Assembly (NCBI GenBank): GCA_018175275.1
Contig: GCA_018175275.1_4531.1
DNA from: a phage
Direction: 5' to 3' (one strand)
Length of the DNA stretch: 64,000 nucleotides
Made by a program: the position numbers and the translations under genes
Shown: positions 9,646 to 16,975 of the stretch, in pieces
Position numbering within the stretch: the stretch's first letter is position 1
How the letters are laid out: each line of letters opens with the position of its first letter
Notes under the pieces: generated by a model
Database searches by the model: none
Seen by the model: the letters and a program-made list of their open reading frames with translations, nothing else
What the model was told of the DNA's origin: nothing

Positions 9646-9719
9646 TGGTTGTTTCGACAAGAATCGAACTTGTATCTCACGATTATCAGTCGTGGGTTCT
9701 ACCATTGAACTACGAAACA
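9646..9719 (-). tRNA. tRNA-Ile(GAT): tRNA-Ile (GAT)
   Basis: acceptor TGTTTCG/CGAAACA, D-stem GTTC/GAAC, anticodon stem CACGA/TCGTG with loop CT-GAT-AA, T-arm ACAAG-TTCGATT-CTTGT, CCA encoded. Confidence 0.7.
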
Positions 9720-9782
9720 TTTAAAAGAATATCTCACGTCTGATACAGACTAACCTTTTGTCTGACGCATGAAATATTTAAT

Positions 9783-9859
9783 TGGTCGGAATTGCAGGAT
9801 TCGAACCTGCGACCCTACGCTCCCAAAGCGTATGCTCTACCAAACTGAGCTAAATTCCG
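9783..9859 (-). tRNA. tRNA-Pro(TGG): tRNA-Pro (TGG)
   Basis: acceptor CGGAATT/AATTCCG, D-stem GCTC/GAGC, anticodon stem TACGC/GCGTA with loop TT-TGG-GA, T-arm GCAGG-TTCGAAT-CCTGC; 5' end overlaps the stop of the HNH gene. Confidence 0.7.
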
Positions 9860-10368
9860 TTATTAATGTGCTTCCATGTGGTGTAAGTAACAATATCCTG
9901 TATTGTCCATCTTGAAACTTCATACTTTTTTGCCAATGCTCGTTGACTAATTTTAGTAGTCTCATACTCCATACGGATTTGAATAACATCTTTTTCTGAT
10001 AACTTGGCTTTATTATTTTCTTCCCCTTTAGGATTAACAAGTAATCCTGTGCTAACAGCGTGTGTCATATTCTCATGCTGTGTCGCCCACTCCACGTTAT
10101 CCTTGTGGTTGTTAAGCTTGTTACCATCTTTGTGATTAACAGATTTCTTGTTTTCAGGATTAGGATGAAAAGCTTTACAAACCAAACGGTGAATCTTAAA
10201 ACAAATACTTTTTCCTTTTCTACCGCCAATTTTTGTTGCGTGGGTATAGTAACCTGTTTTAGATATGGTTTGGGATAGTATCTTATTAGTTCTCTTACTT
10301 CTTAATCTTCCGAGGTCACTTATTTGGAAGTAATTCTCATAACCAGCTACATCACGCCATTCTTCCAT
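9850..10368 (-). CDS. HNH homing endonuclease (NUMOD4-like N-terminus) inside the tRNA cluster
   Basis: 172 aa; N-terminal EEWRDVAGYENYFQISDLGRLRS; HNH core HRLVCKAFHPNPENKKSVNHKDGNKLNNHKDNVEWATQHEN; AAGGAGG RBS. Confidence 0.6.
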   Translation of the reverse strand: MEEWRDVAGYENYFQISDLGRLRSKRTNKILSQTISKTGYYTHATKIGGRKGKSICFKIHRLVCKAFHPNPENKKSVNHKDGNKLNNHKDNVEWATQHENMTHAVSTGLLVNPKGEENNKAKLSEKDVIQIRMEYETTKISQRALAKKYEVSRWTIQDIVTYTTWKHINNGI

Positions 10369-10494
10369 TTATACCTCCTTATACCTGAATAAAACAATAA
10401 ACCATTTAATGAAGGGCAACCAGAAGAAGTGTGAGAGAAGGAGAAAACCATGAGTAAAAGAGAAAGTTTTCTGGCAACCCTTTATTAAATAATT

Positions 10495-10571
10495 TGGAGC
10501 GTTATATCGGATTCGAACCGATGCCACCGACTTGGAAGGACGGGATGCTGAACCGCTAACACTAATAACGC
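10495..10571 (-). tRNA. tRNA-Gly(TCC): tRNA-Gly (TCC)
   Basis: perfect acceptor GCGTTAT/ATAACGC, anticodon loop CT-TCC-AA, T-arm ATCGG-TTCGAAT-CCGAT, CCA encoded; D-arm slightly irregular. Confidence 0.6.
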
Positions 10572-10588
10572 TTTGTATATATATATTT

Positions 10589-10618
10589 ACTATACTACAT
10601 TTTACTATCGAATGTCAA
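10589..10618 (-). promoter_or_regulatory. sigma70-like promoter (TTGACA-N18-TATAGT) driving tRNA-Gly
   Basis: minus-strand TTGACA (plus 10613-10618) and TATAGT (plus 10589-10594), about 20 nt upstream of the tRNA 5' end. Confidence 0.5.
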
Positions 10619-10893
10619 TAGTTATTTAATAGGTGGGACAGTGACGAGTATCCCTTTGGGTGACTAGCCCTACGTTCGGTAAGCTAACTTAAAATAATAC
10701 AAAACCAAAGTCAAATATTATTCTTCGTTGCTGTCGATGGGAGAGCCGCTTCTCATTTTGCCCCATCCAACCCTACTCCGGTCAAGTTTCGGGTGACTCT
10801 TTTTGTGATCAACACAATACTAAGAACACTGTCTTTCGAGCAGACCTTGTGCACAGGATACGACGATCAATCACAGTGCTCTTAATGTTGTGT

Positions 10894-10968
10894 TGGTGCT
10901 CCCACACTGAATCGAACAGAGATCCACGGATTACAAAACCGTTGTAATAGCCATTATACTATAGGAGC
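10894..10968 (-). tRNA. tRNA-Thr(TGT): tRNA-Thr (TGT)
   Basis: acceptor GCTCCTA/TGGGAGC (one G-U), 3-bp D-stem, anticodon stem ACGG/CCGT with loop TT-TGT-AA, T-loop TTCGATT, CCA encoded. Confidence 0.5.
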
Positions 10969-10973
10969 AATGC

Positions 10974-11051
10974 TGGGACTCGGCAGGATTCGATACCTGC
11001 AATTCCAGAAGCCTATTGGCGACTGGGGGTTTACCTTAACTCTACAAGTCC
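10974..11051 (-). tRNA. tRNA-like element with 8-nt T-loop and non-canonical anticodon region
   Basis: T-arm GCAGG-TATCGAAT-CCTGC and acceptor complementarity GGACTTG/CGAGTCC; central region forms an extended hairpin instead of a standard anticodon arm. Confidence 0.25.
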
Positions 11052-11058
11052 ATAATTC

Positions 11059-11144
11059 TGGCGATGAGTATAGGATTCGAACCTATATTGTTCTTTCGAA
11101 CACGGATTAACAGTCCGCCGCTTAAACCATTCAGCCAACTCATC
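11059..11144 (-). tRNA. tRNA-Asn(GTT): tRNA-Asn (GTT) with unusually long variable region
   Basis: perfect acceptor GATGAGT/ACTCATC; anticodon arm GCGGA-CTGTTAA-TCCGT; about 14-nt variable hairpin GTTC-GAAA-GAAC; T-arm ATAGG-TTCGAAT-CCTAT. Confidence 0.5.
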
Positions 11145-11150
11145 TTAATT

Positions 11151-11238
11151 TGGTGGTGAGTGATGGAGTCGAACCACCCGAATCGCAATGATAACAGATT
11201 TACAGTCTGCCCCGCTACCCCTACGGAATTAACTCACC
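11151..11238 (-). tRNA. tRNA-Tyr(GTA): tRNA-Tyr (GTA), type II
   Basis: perfect acceptor GGTGAGT/ACTCACC, anticodon stem GCAGA/TCTGT with loop CT-GTA-AA, long variable arm, T-loop TTCGACT, CCA encoded. Confidence 0.6.
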
Positions 11239-11368
11239 TAAATACTAATATTTAAATTCTTTTTAAAATAGCCAGTGTTCACACCACTAACTATGAGTTA
11301 TCGGTAAAGTGGTTACCGCCACTTGCCGAAGATTTACTCTGCTAAAGTAAGCTACATTAAAAAGAACT

Positions 11369-11454
11369 TGGCGGTAGATGTAGGACTCGAACCTACACGC
11401 CGTTTCCGACTACAGTTTAGCAAACTGTCGTGGCTACCATTTCACCAATCTACC
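11369..11454 (-). tRNA. tRNA-Ser(GCT): tRNA-Ser (GCT), type II
   Basis: perfect acceptor GGTAGAT/ATCTACC, anticodon stem ACAGT/ACTGT with loop TT-GCT-AA, long variable arm, T-arm GTAGG-TTCGAGT-CCTAC, CCA encoded. Confidence 0.7.
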
Positions 11455-11459
11455 TAATC

Positions 11460-11550
11460 TGGCGGAAGGAGGGAGAGTCGAACTCCCAAGGCTCTTTCAA
11501 GCTCGGCGGTTTTCAAGACCGTTTTCGTCGCCACATCGATTTGCCCTTCC
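11460..11550 (-). tRNA. tRNA-Ser(TGA): tRNA-Ser (TGA), type II
   Basis: acceptor GGAAGGG/TCCTTCC, anticodon loop CT-TGA-AA, long variable arm GAGCTTGAAAGAGCCTT, T-arm GGGAG-TTCGACT-CTCCC, CCA encoded. Confidence 0.65.
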
Positions 11551-11559
11551 ATACTTATA

Positions 11560-11588
11560 ATCTAACATAAAATAATGTTTGTTGTCAA
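11560..11588 (-). promoter_or_regulatory. sigma70-like promoter (CTATTGACA -35, weak -10) upstream of tRNA-Ser
   Basis: minus-strand TTGACA (plus 11583-11588); -10 candidate TAGATT at 18-nt spacing. Confidence 0.35.
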
Positions 11589-11784
11589 TAGTTTTTTAAA
11601 ACATTTTACCATGAATGGTGACTCCACCAACCCCCGTTCTCCACGAACGGTGCTCTTCGAGCATTTATGTCTTCTAATATAACCGTGGCCTTTGTTTATA
11701 ATGTCTGACATACTTGCCTCATTCTCTGCCACCATGATCAGTAGTGGGTTCAAATCACTTGAGCTAATTCATGTTAAAATGTTC

Positions 11785-11859
11785 TGGTGTCTTTACAAGG
11801 AATCGAACCTTGACTAAGAGTTTAGAAGACTCCTGTGCTATCCATTACACCATAAAGAC
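11785..11859 (-). tRNA. tRNA-Arg(TCT): tRNA-Arg (TCT)
   Basis: perfect acceptor GTCTTTA/TAAAGAC, D-stem GTGT/GCAC, anticodon stem GGAGT/ACTCT with loop CT-TCT-AA, T-arm CAAGG-TTCGATT-CCTTG, CCA encoded. Confidence 0.7.
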
Positions 11860-11861
11860 TT

Positions 11862-11936
11862 TGGTGGCCCTGGCTGGTTTCGATCCAGCTACCTATCGGT
11901 TATGAGCCGACAGCTCTCCCATTGAGCTACAGGGCC
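11862..11936 (-). tRNA. tRNA-Met(CAT): tRNA-Met or Ile2 (CAT)
   Basis: perfect acceptor GGCCCTG/CAGGGCC, D-stem GCTC/GAGC, anticodon stem GTCGG/CCGAT with loop CT-CAT-AA, T-arm GCTGG-ATCGAAA-CCAGC, CCA encoded; acceptor resembles E. coli tRNA-Ile2. Confidence 0.65.
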
Positions 11937-12141
11937 ATAAATGTGGTAACAGAGACGCTGACGATTGTAGAGAACCGCTACATTCTCTAAGACCAAGCCC
12001 AACTTTCAGCGTAAAAGTTCTTGAGCCGAGACTGTTCCTTTTCCTCTTTGGTAGCTAACCTCTGAAGAAGTAGTCTCTAACACTATCCGCAGTGCAAGCC
12101 CCTCTTAACAAAAGTCAACGACCCTGTTACCACACTTGATG

Positions 12142-12176
12142 AACGTATCCTAACATATGAAGGATACGTTTGTCAA
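12142..12176 (-). promoter_or_regulatory. promoter -35 box plus 10-bp perfect palindrome (candidate operator) heading the tRNA cluster
   Basis: minus-strand CTATTGACA (plus 12171-12176) followed by AACGTATCCT-N9-AGGATACGTT inverted repeat (plus 12142-12170). Confidence 0.4.
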
Positions 12177-12183
12177 TAGTTAT

Positions 12184-12432
12184 TTAAGCATATTCTGCTA
12201 CTTCTTCACTATCTTTCTTTTCCAGAAGAGCAACAACCAAAGCTTCTGCGTTAAAAGTGTTAATTTCAAGATCCATCTCTCGCATCAGAGCCAAGAAATC
12301 AATAACTTTAACATCTTTAGTGATTACAATAGAAGTTGTACCATTGTTTTCAGATGTGTATTTTTCTGGATGGAAAAGAAAAACTGCATTGCCGTTACCA
12401 TCTTCAAACACGTGTTTTTCTAATAGAGACAT
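12184..12432 (-). CDS. hypothetical small protein
   Basis: ORF with AGGAGG RBS before ATG at 12432 (MSLLEKHVFEDGNG...); track ORF extends further upstream. Confidence 0.4.
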   Translation of the reverse strand: MSLLEKHVFEDGNGNAVFLFHPEKYTSENNGTTSIVITKDVKVIDFLALMREMDLEINTFNAEALVVALLEKKDSEEVAEYA

Positions 12433-12440
12433 TGTTCCTC

Positions 12441-12692
12441 CTAATCTGTTAGTTGTTCGTCCTCTACCAAGTTTGACACGAGAACGTCTGTTATACATTG
12501 ATGCTGATAAACCCTTTCGGGACTATCATCAAAAGCCAAACCTGTGCAAATAGAACAGAGGTCTGATTCCTTGATGACTCCATTTTTATCACGTCTGGAG
12601 TGGTTTGTCAAATGCCTATTACAAGCACGGCACCTAAAATAAAAACTATTTTGCATATATCCTTCGAACCCCAAATGGGGAGTGATCGGCAT
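12441..12692 (-). CDS. hypothetical Cys-rich small protein
   Basis: 83 aa with CRACNRH...CSIC cysteine pairs (possible zinc ribbon). Confidence 0.35.
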   Translation of the reverse strand: MPITPHLGFEGYMQNSFYFRCRACNRHLTNHSRRDKNGVIKESDLCSICTGLAFDDSPERVYQHQCITDVLVSNLVEDEQLTD

Positions 12693-12729
12693 CTCCTCAC
12701 TTCTAGTTTAGCACGAAGGATATCTTAAG

Positions 12730-12915
12730 TCAACTAGGAATAATTTTATCCTTTTTGGTTTCATAACCAGTCCAATCTAAATCCTCCCAGCCTTCATCAT
12801 CGTCTAACACATTGTCATCGTCATAAGATGCAATGTTATAAATAGAACGTGGATTACAAGACATACAATCTTTAATAGGCACATGATGCCATTTGCACGG
12901 ATTCTCACTAATCAT
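12730..12915 (-). CDS. hypothetical small protein
   Basis: 61-aa ORF, last gene of the minus-strand block before the strand switch. Confidence 0.3.
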   Translation of the reverse strand: MISENPCKWHHVPIKDCMSCNPRSIYNIASYDDDNVLDDDEGWEDLDWTGYETKKDKIIPS

Positions 12916-12942
12916 TGCACACCTCCATTCTTGTTAAGATGT

Positions 12943-13137
12943 TCCGTACTGTACTTCATACTAATCTATAGATCAAGTATTATTTATAATAATTTATTAT
13001 TTTATTTTTTAATTGATAGAAGTTGATCTGTACGTACCAGTTCTGATACACTGTACCTGTTTGTTAGATCTAATAATTATTTATTATTAATATTTAATAA
13101 TTATTAATCTAGTACGGAGTACAGTACTTGAGTACAG
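12943..13137. repeat. AT-rich strand-switch region flanked by inverted GTAC-rich repeats
   Basis: left CCGTACTGTACT (12943-12955) and right AGTACGGAGTACAGTACTTGAGTACAGAGTACT (13111-13143) are mutually inverted, enclosing about 140 bp of >85% A+T; genes diverge on both sides. Confidence 0.45.
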
Positions 13138-13397
13138 AGTACTACATCAACAACCTAAAACCTTAACTCGCTGCGCTCGTTAATAGATTTCTAGGGTAGC
13201 ATACTTCGAACACAAAAGTCAAGAGTTTTATTAAAATTATTTTCTGTGTGCAAAAAACCTTGCTTAAATAGGTAGCAATAGTATAGCCTATAACATAAGC
13301 TTCATAAGAGGCTCGTAGAGCAAGTTCACTTACTAGGTAAGGTGATTTATCATCTTATATATAAAAAGTGCGTCAGAGACGCGTTTAGGAGGCTAGA

Positions 13398-13721
13398 ATG
13401 AGATTTACAAGACAAGAGGTAGTTGTGCTGGACGAAGCAATGACAATGATCGTCTTTTACTACGAGGATATCTTCTGTGCAGCATATCATTTAAATGATA
13501 TTCAGATTGAATGGCAGCAGATAGCATTCCTGTTGGACAAGAGTAATCATTTGGATGGCTTTGAGTATTTGGAGTGGGATGGTGCAAAGGAAGTTAAAAT
13601 TGTAGGGTTAAATCACGATCAGATTGTTGACATGCAATGTAAGTTGTGTCATTATCAGTTCTCAAACAAAGTCAAACTCGAAAGGCAATTGGAGGTGGTT
13701 AAAGATGATAGCACTAATTAG
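13398..13721 (+). CDS. hypothetical protein (first gene of plus-strand block)
   Basis: 107-aa ORF with AGGAGG RBS. Confidence 0.45.
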   Translation: MRFTRQEVVVLDEAMTMIVFYYEDIFCAAYHLNDIQIEWQQIAFLLDKSNHLDGFEYLEWDGAKEVKIVGLNHDQIVDMQCKLCHYQFSNKVKLERQLEVVKDDSTN

Positions 13722-13817
13722 TGAGAACCCAATCCTGACAACAATTGTTCTGATTTTTGCCATGTGTGTGGTTCACGATGTTCTGGTAAGTTATTTTGAC
13801 AACAAAGGAGGTAAGAA

Positions 13818-14012
13818 ATGAAAGACGTTATTCAAATGGTATTCCGTGTCACCCTGGATGATATTCATGTTGTTAAAGGCACCCAGAACTACACAGAAGC
13901 GAAAGAACATTTCCTGGAATGGGTTGAGACGTTGAAGACACAAAACGTTTCCTACAACCGTGTGACGCTCACTGGCGACCATACCCCAATCATGGAGTAC
14001 GTAAAGAAATGA
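13818..14012 (+). CDS. hypothetical small protein
   Basis: 64-aa ORF, RBS AAAGGAGG, tightly packed. Confidence 0.4.
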   Translation: MKDVIQMVFRVTLDDIHVVKGTQNYTEAKEHFLEWVETLKTQNVSYNRVTLTGDHTPIMEYVKK

Positions 14013-14248
14013 GCAAATATCCAATTACAGGTGTAACCTATTCTTGTGTATCAAAAGGTGGCTTATATACGGTCGTGGAATTTCCAAAACCTGCCGGAAT
14101 ATCTAAAGTGTTTGATCCTGTTGTTATCTATGAAGATCTTAGAACAGGTCAACGTTATTGGAGATTTGTGAATGACTTTTTAGATCGTATGGAGGTAGTA
14201 AGTGGCGAAAACACCGAAGAAGTTATCAAAGCCAAAGAACGTTACTAA
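14009..14248 (+). CDS. hypothetical small protein
   Basis: 79-aa ORF, start overlaps previous stop. Confidence 0.4.
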   Translation: MSKYPITGVTYSCVSKGGLYTVVEFPKPAGISKVFDPVVIYEDLRTGQRYWRFVNDFLDRMEVVSGENTEEVIKAKERY

Positions 14249-14555
14249 GAAACCGAAAAACGAGGTTCTCAAAGTAGCCAAATCAGTTCCTAAGAAAGAT
14301 AAGTTTGATACGGAGGCATTCGTCTTTGACACACCAATCGAGAAGATTGAAGAAGCGTTGCAACGTCTTGAGGAGCAGGAGGCAGATCCAATGGCTGAAC
14401 CACTCACGGCAGACCAAATCTATTGGTGGGGAATATGGACTTTGCAACTGCCAGAAGCAAAAAGAAGAGGAATGACTTCAGTTCCTACTTGTGCAAAAGA
14501 AGCTGCTGTGTTAGGTTTGTATGAGAAATCTAAAAAGAGGAGCAAAAAGAAATGA
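14202..14555 (+). CDS. hypothetical lysine-rich protein (possible nucleic-acid binding)
   Basis: 117 aa; N-terminus KTPKKLSKPKNVTKKPKNEVLKVAKSVPKK; start uncertain (overlaps previous ORF). Confidence 0.35.
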   Translation: MAKTPKKLSKPKNVTKKPKNEVLKVAKSVPKKDKFDTEAFVFDTPIEKIEEALQRLEEQEADPMAEPLTADQIYWWGIWTLQLPEAKRRGMTSVPTCAKEAAVLGLYEKSKKRSKKK

Positions 14556-14833
14556 TCAAGACTTTCCTGAAGTGTGTAAAAGCAACAGATAGTGAGTGGT
14601 ACTCTGGATTATTCACTGTTGGCAAGAAATATGAGATCCTCAACGGGACAGGCAAGAAGTTTTCTCTCGTTGTAAACGATGAAGGCACGAAGCAAATGGT
14701 ATTTGCTGAAAGCTCTGTCTATGGTATCTTTGAAGTGGTGCAAGAAGGCTCTCCAATGATTCTGGAGTATCATGGCACTAATAAACCATATACTGCTATG
14801 GATGTTATCAACAACAAGAGGAATGCAAAATGA
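14552..14833 (+). CDS. hypothetical protein
   Basis: 93-aa ORF, overlapping-stop/start packing. Confidence 0.4.
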   Translation: MIKTFLKCVKATDSEWYSGLFTVGKKYEILNGTGKKFSLVVNDEGTKQMVFAESSVYGIFEVVQEGSPMILEYHGTNKPYTAMDVINNKRNAK

Positions 14834-15012
14834 TTTTGCTCTATTCCGGTAAGGCAAAATACATGCAAGGTGTTAAACGCGTAGAGGTTACTAGGACAGT
14901 AACAATAGGGAAATCTTTTATCGTTTATTGTTTCCTTGTTAATGGGAAGGAGTATGCTGTAGCAAAGACCTTGGTTGATAATGGTAAAACTTGGAAAGTG
15001 GAGGCACTATGA
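14830..15012 (+). CDS. hypothetical small protein
   Basis: 60-aa ORF in operon-like packing. Confidence 0.3.
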   Translation: MILLYSGKAKYMQGVKRVEVTRTVTIGKSFIVYCFLVNGKEYAVAKTLVDNGKTWKVEAL

Positions 15013-15206
15013 TCACTGTAGCTGGGTGGGTGGTATTGGCAACACTTAATGGGAATGTTACTGTGGAGACTAAAACCATCTTCAAAGCACCAGAAGATTG
15101 CTATAACTCCTTGGTAACTTGGCCTCGTGATGAGGATGATAAGGCAGAGTATCAGTGTTTTTACATTGAGGGTAAGCCTGTAGAATTTGAGGTGAGGGTG
15201 AAATGA
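14991..15206 (+). CDS. hypothetical small protein
   Basis: 71-aa ORF. Confidence 0.3.
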   Translation: MESGGTMITVAGWVVLATLNGNVTVETKTIFKAPEDCYNSLVTWPRDEDDKAEYQCFYIEGKPVEFEVRVK

Positions 15207-15688
15207 AAATAAAAATTACTAAAGCACATGTAGATAACCCACAATTCTTTTCTTTGAATACAAGCTACGATATTAAAAACGGAGATGAGTTTGATGTTGT
15301 TGATATTGTAACAGATTCCGATGGCGTGGATTTTGGATATATGATTGTTCCTCCTTGTGGCGGTAGTCCTATTGTTGTATTGCGTGACGAAGCTGTAGAA
15401 GTGAGTTATGATGAATCCCAATACGACAGTCCATATATGACAGAGTGGATCGTGGCTGTAGATGTTGGAGGTATGGTTTCTGTACTGAAAGCTCCAAATC
15501 TCCACCCTGGTTTTACAGAGAACGGTAAGACAGCTTTGGATTATGGGTTGCCAGAAGATGTTGAGAATACACCGCCAGGTATGTACCGTTGGATTTGCTC
15601 TTTCCATGAAGAGAAGGATTGGGAATCAGGGCTTGTGGAGGATTGGCATTTTGAAGTGGAGAGTTCTTTTTTAATCATGCCTGCTTAG
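15203..15688 (+). CDS. hypothetical protein
   Basis: 161-aa ORF. Confidence 0.4.
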   Translation: MKIKITKAHVDNPQFFSLNTSYDIKNGDEFDVVDIVTDSDGVDFGYMIVPPCGGSPIVVLRDEAVEVSYDESQYDSPYMTEWIVAVDVGGMVSVLKAPNLHPGFTENGKTALDYGLPEDVENTPPGMYRWICSFHEEKDWESGLVEDWHFEVESSFLIMPA

Positions 15689-15698
15689 AGGAGGTTAT

Positions 15699-16055
15699 AT
15701 GGGTACTATTATTTGGCTTGATGATTTACGTGATCCAAAAGATTATGGTTATCCAGATGCAATCTGGTTTAAAACATCACAGGAACTTCTTGCCTCTCGT
15801 TACATGAATGAGGTGCAGAAGGGTTATCGTTTTGTAGACGAGTGGCATTTTGACAACGATTTGGGTGAAGACTCTGATCGAGATGGGTATGATGTTTTCT
15901 TACATTTGGAAGAACTCCTGATGTTTGGTAAACCTTGTTTTGGTTCACCTACTATTTTCGTGCATACTTCTAATCCCTCCGCTGGGGATAAATTCATGCT
16001 TGCAAAAGAATCCATGCTGCGTTATGGTATTCAAATGAAGCGTGTTCACTATTAA
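15699..16055 (+). CDS. hypothetical protein
   Basis: 118-aa ORF with GAGGAGG RBS. Confidence 0.4.
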   Translation: MGTIIWLDDLRDPKDYGYPDAIWFKTSQELLASRYMNEVQKGYRFVDEWHFDNDLGEDSDRDGYDVFLHLEELLMFGKPCFGSPTIFVHTSNPSAGDKFMLAKESMLRYGIQMKRVHY

Positions 16056-16066
16056 GGAGAAACTTA

Positions 16067-16423
16067 ATGAGCAGTATTGATCAGAACATTTGTTACCAAC
16101 CTCTCGCTTGGATCGGTGAGGGGCATTATGCGCAACGTGTTATCGTCTGTGCTGCGAATAAGTATATTTTGAATAATGGTGAAGAATTAATTATTCCTTG
16201 CGTTAGACATGCAAATCCTGTATTATCTGCACAATTGAATGTATTGAAAGAAGCAGGTGTGCTTGATAAAGCGCATTGCCTTCCAAACAATCAAGGTTTT
16301 ATTGATCAATACTACAATTGGTGGAGTCGTGAAGATGCATACATCATTGCAAAACACGCAGACCAGATTGACTACGAACGTAATGGTCATGATCGTGACC
16401 TATTTAGCGAGGGATTATACTAA
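16067..16423 (+). CDS. hypothetical protein
   Basis: 118-aa ORF with AAGGAGA RBS, immediately upstream of the RNA-repair genes. Confidence 0.4.
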   Translation: MSSIDQNICYQPLAWIGEGHYAQRVIVCAANKYILNNGEELIIPCVRHANPVLSAQLNVLKEAGVLDKAHCLPNNQGFIDQYYNWWSREDAYIIAKHADQIDYERNGHDRDLFSEGLY

Positions 16424-16974
16424 TGTTTATTACAAGTGATTTGCATTTTATGCACAAACGTATACGAGAGTTTGCTCCTGAATATCGACCGTGGGAGGAT
16501 ATGGACCACATGACAGAAGCCTTGATCGAAGCATGGAACAAATGTGCTACTACTCCTGGTGTTAAGATGTGGCATTTGGGCGACTTCTGTTTCGGAACTG
16601 AAGAAGATACCCGTAAAATTGCTTCTCGTCTCCAAGGAGATATCACCTACTGTGTTGGGAACCATGACTACAGCAAACACCGAGAAGTGCTTGCAGAGTA
16701 TGGTGAAGTGGTGTATTATGACGAAGTGAAATATCAGAAGCTGTTCTTCGTCTTAAGTCATTACCCTATGGCCTCCTGGAACAAACAAGGTCGTGGATCA
16801 ATCATGCTACACGGGCATTCCCACGGATCTTTCCCTGATGAAGCTTATGGTAAAATGTTAGATGTGGGTTGGGATGCACACGGAAAAATCTTGCATTTTG
16901 ATGAGATAATTACTATGATGAGTAAACGAGATATCGTGACTGTAGACCATCACAAAATAATCAAAGGAGAGTAA
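16423..16974 (+). CDS. calcineurin-like metallophosphoesterase (candidate RNA end-healing phosphatase)
   Basis: 183 aa; motifs SDLHF, LGDFCFG, VGNHD, LHGHSHG; translationally coupled to the RNA ligase gene. Confidence 0.6.
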   Translation: MFITSDLHFMHKRIREFAPEYRPWEDMDHMTEALIEAWNKCATTPGVKMWHLGDFCFGTEEDTRKIASRLQGDITYCVGNHDYSKHREVLAEYGEVVYYDEVKYQKLFFVLSHYPMASWNKQGRGSIMLHGHSHGSFPDEAYGKMLDVGWDAHGKILHFDEIITMMSKRDIVTVDHHKIIKGE

Positions 16975-16975
16975 T

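Noticed and set aside
11744-11775. Plus-strand tRNA suggested by AGTGG-GTTCAAA-TCACT T-arm-like hairpin
   Set aside because: No matching 5' acceptor strand within 90 nt upstream on the plus strand; all other tRNAs are minus-strand. Left as unresolved RNA-like segment.
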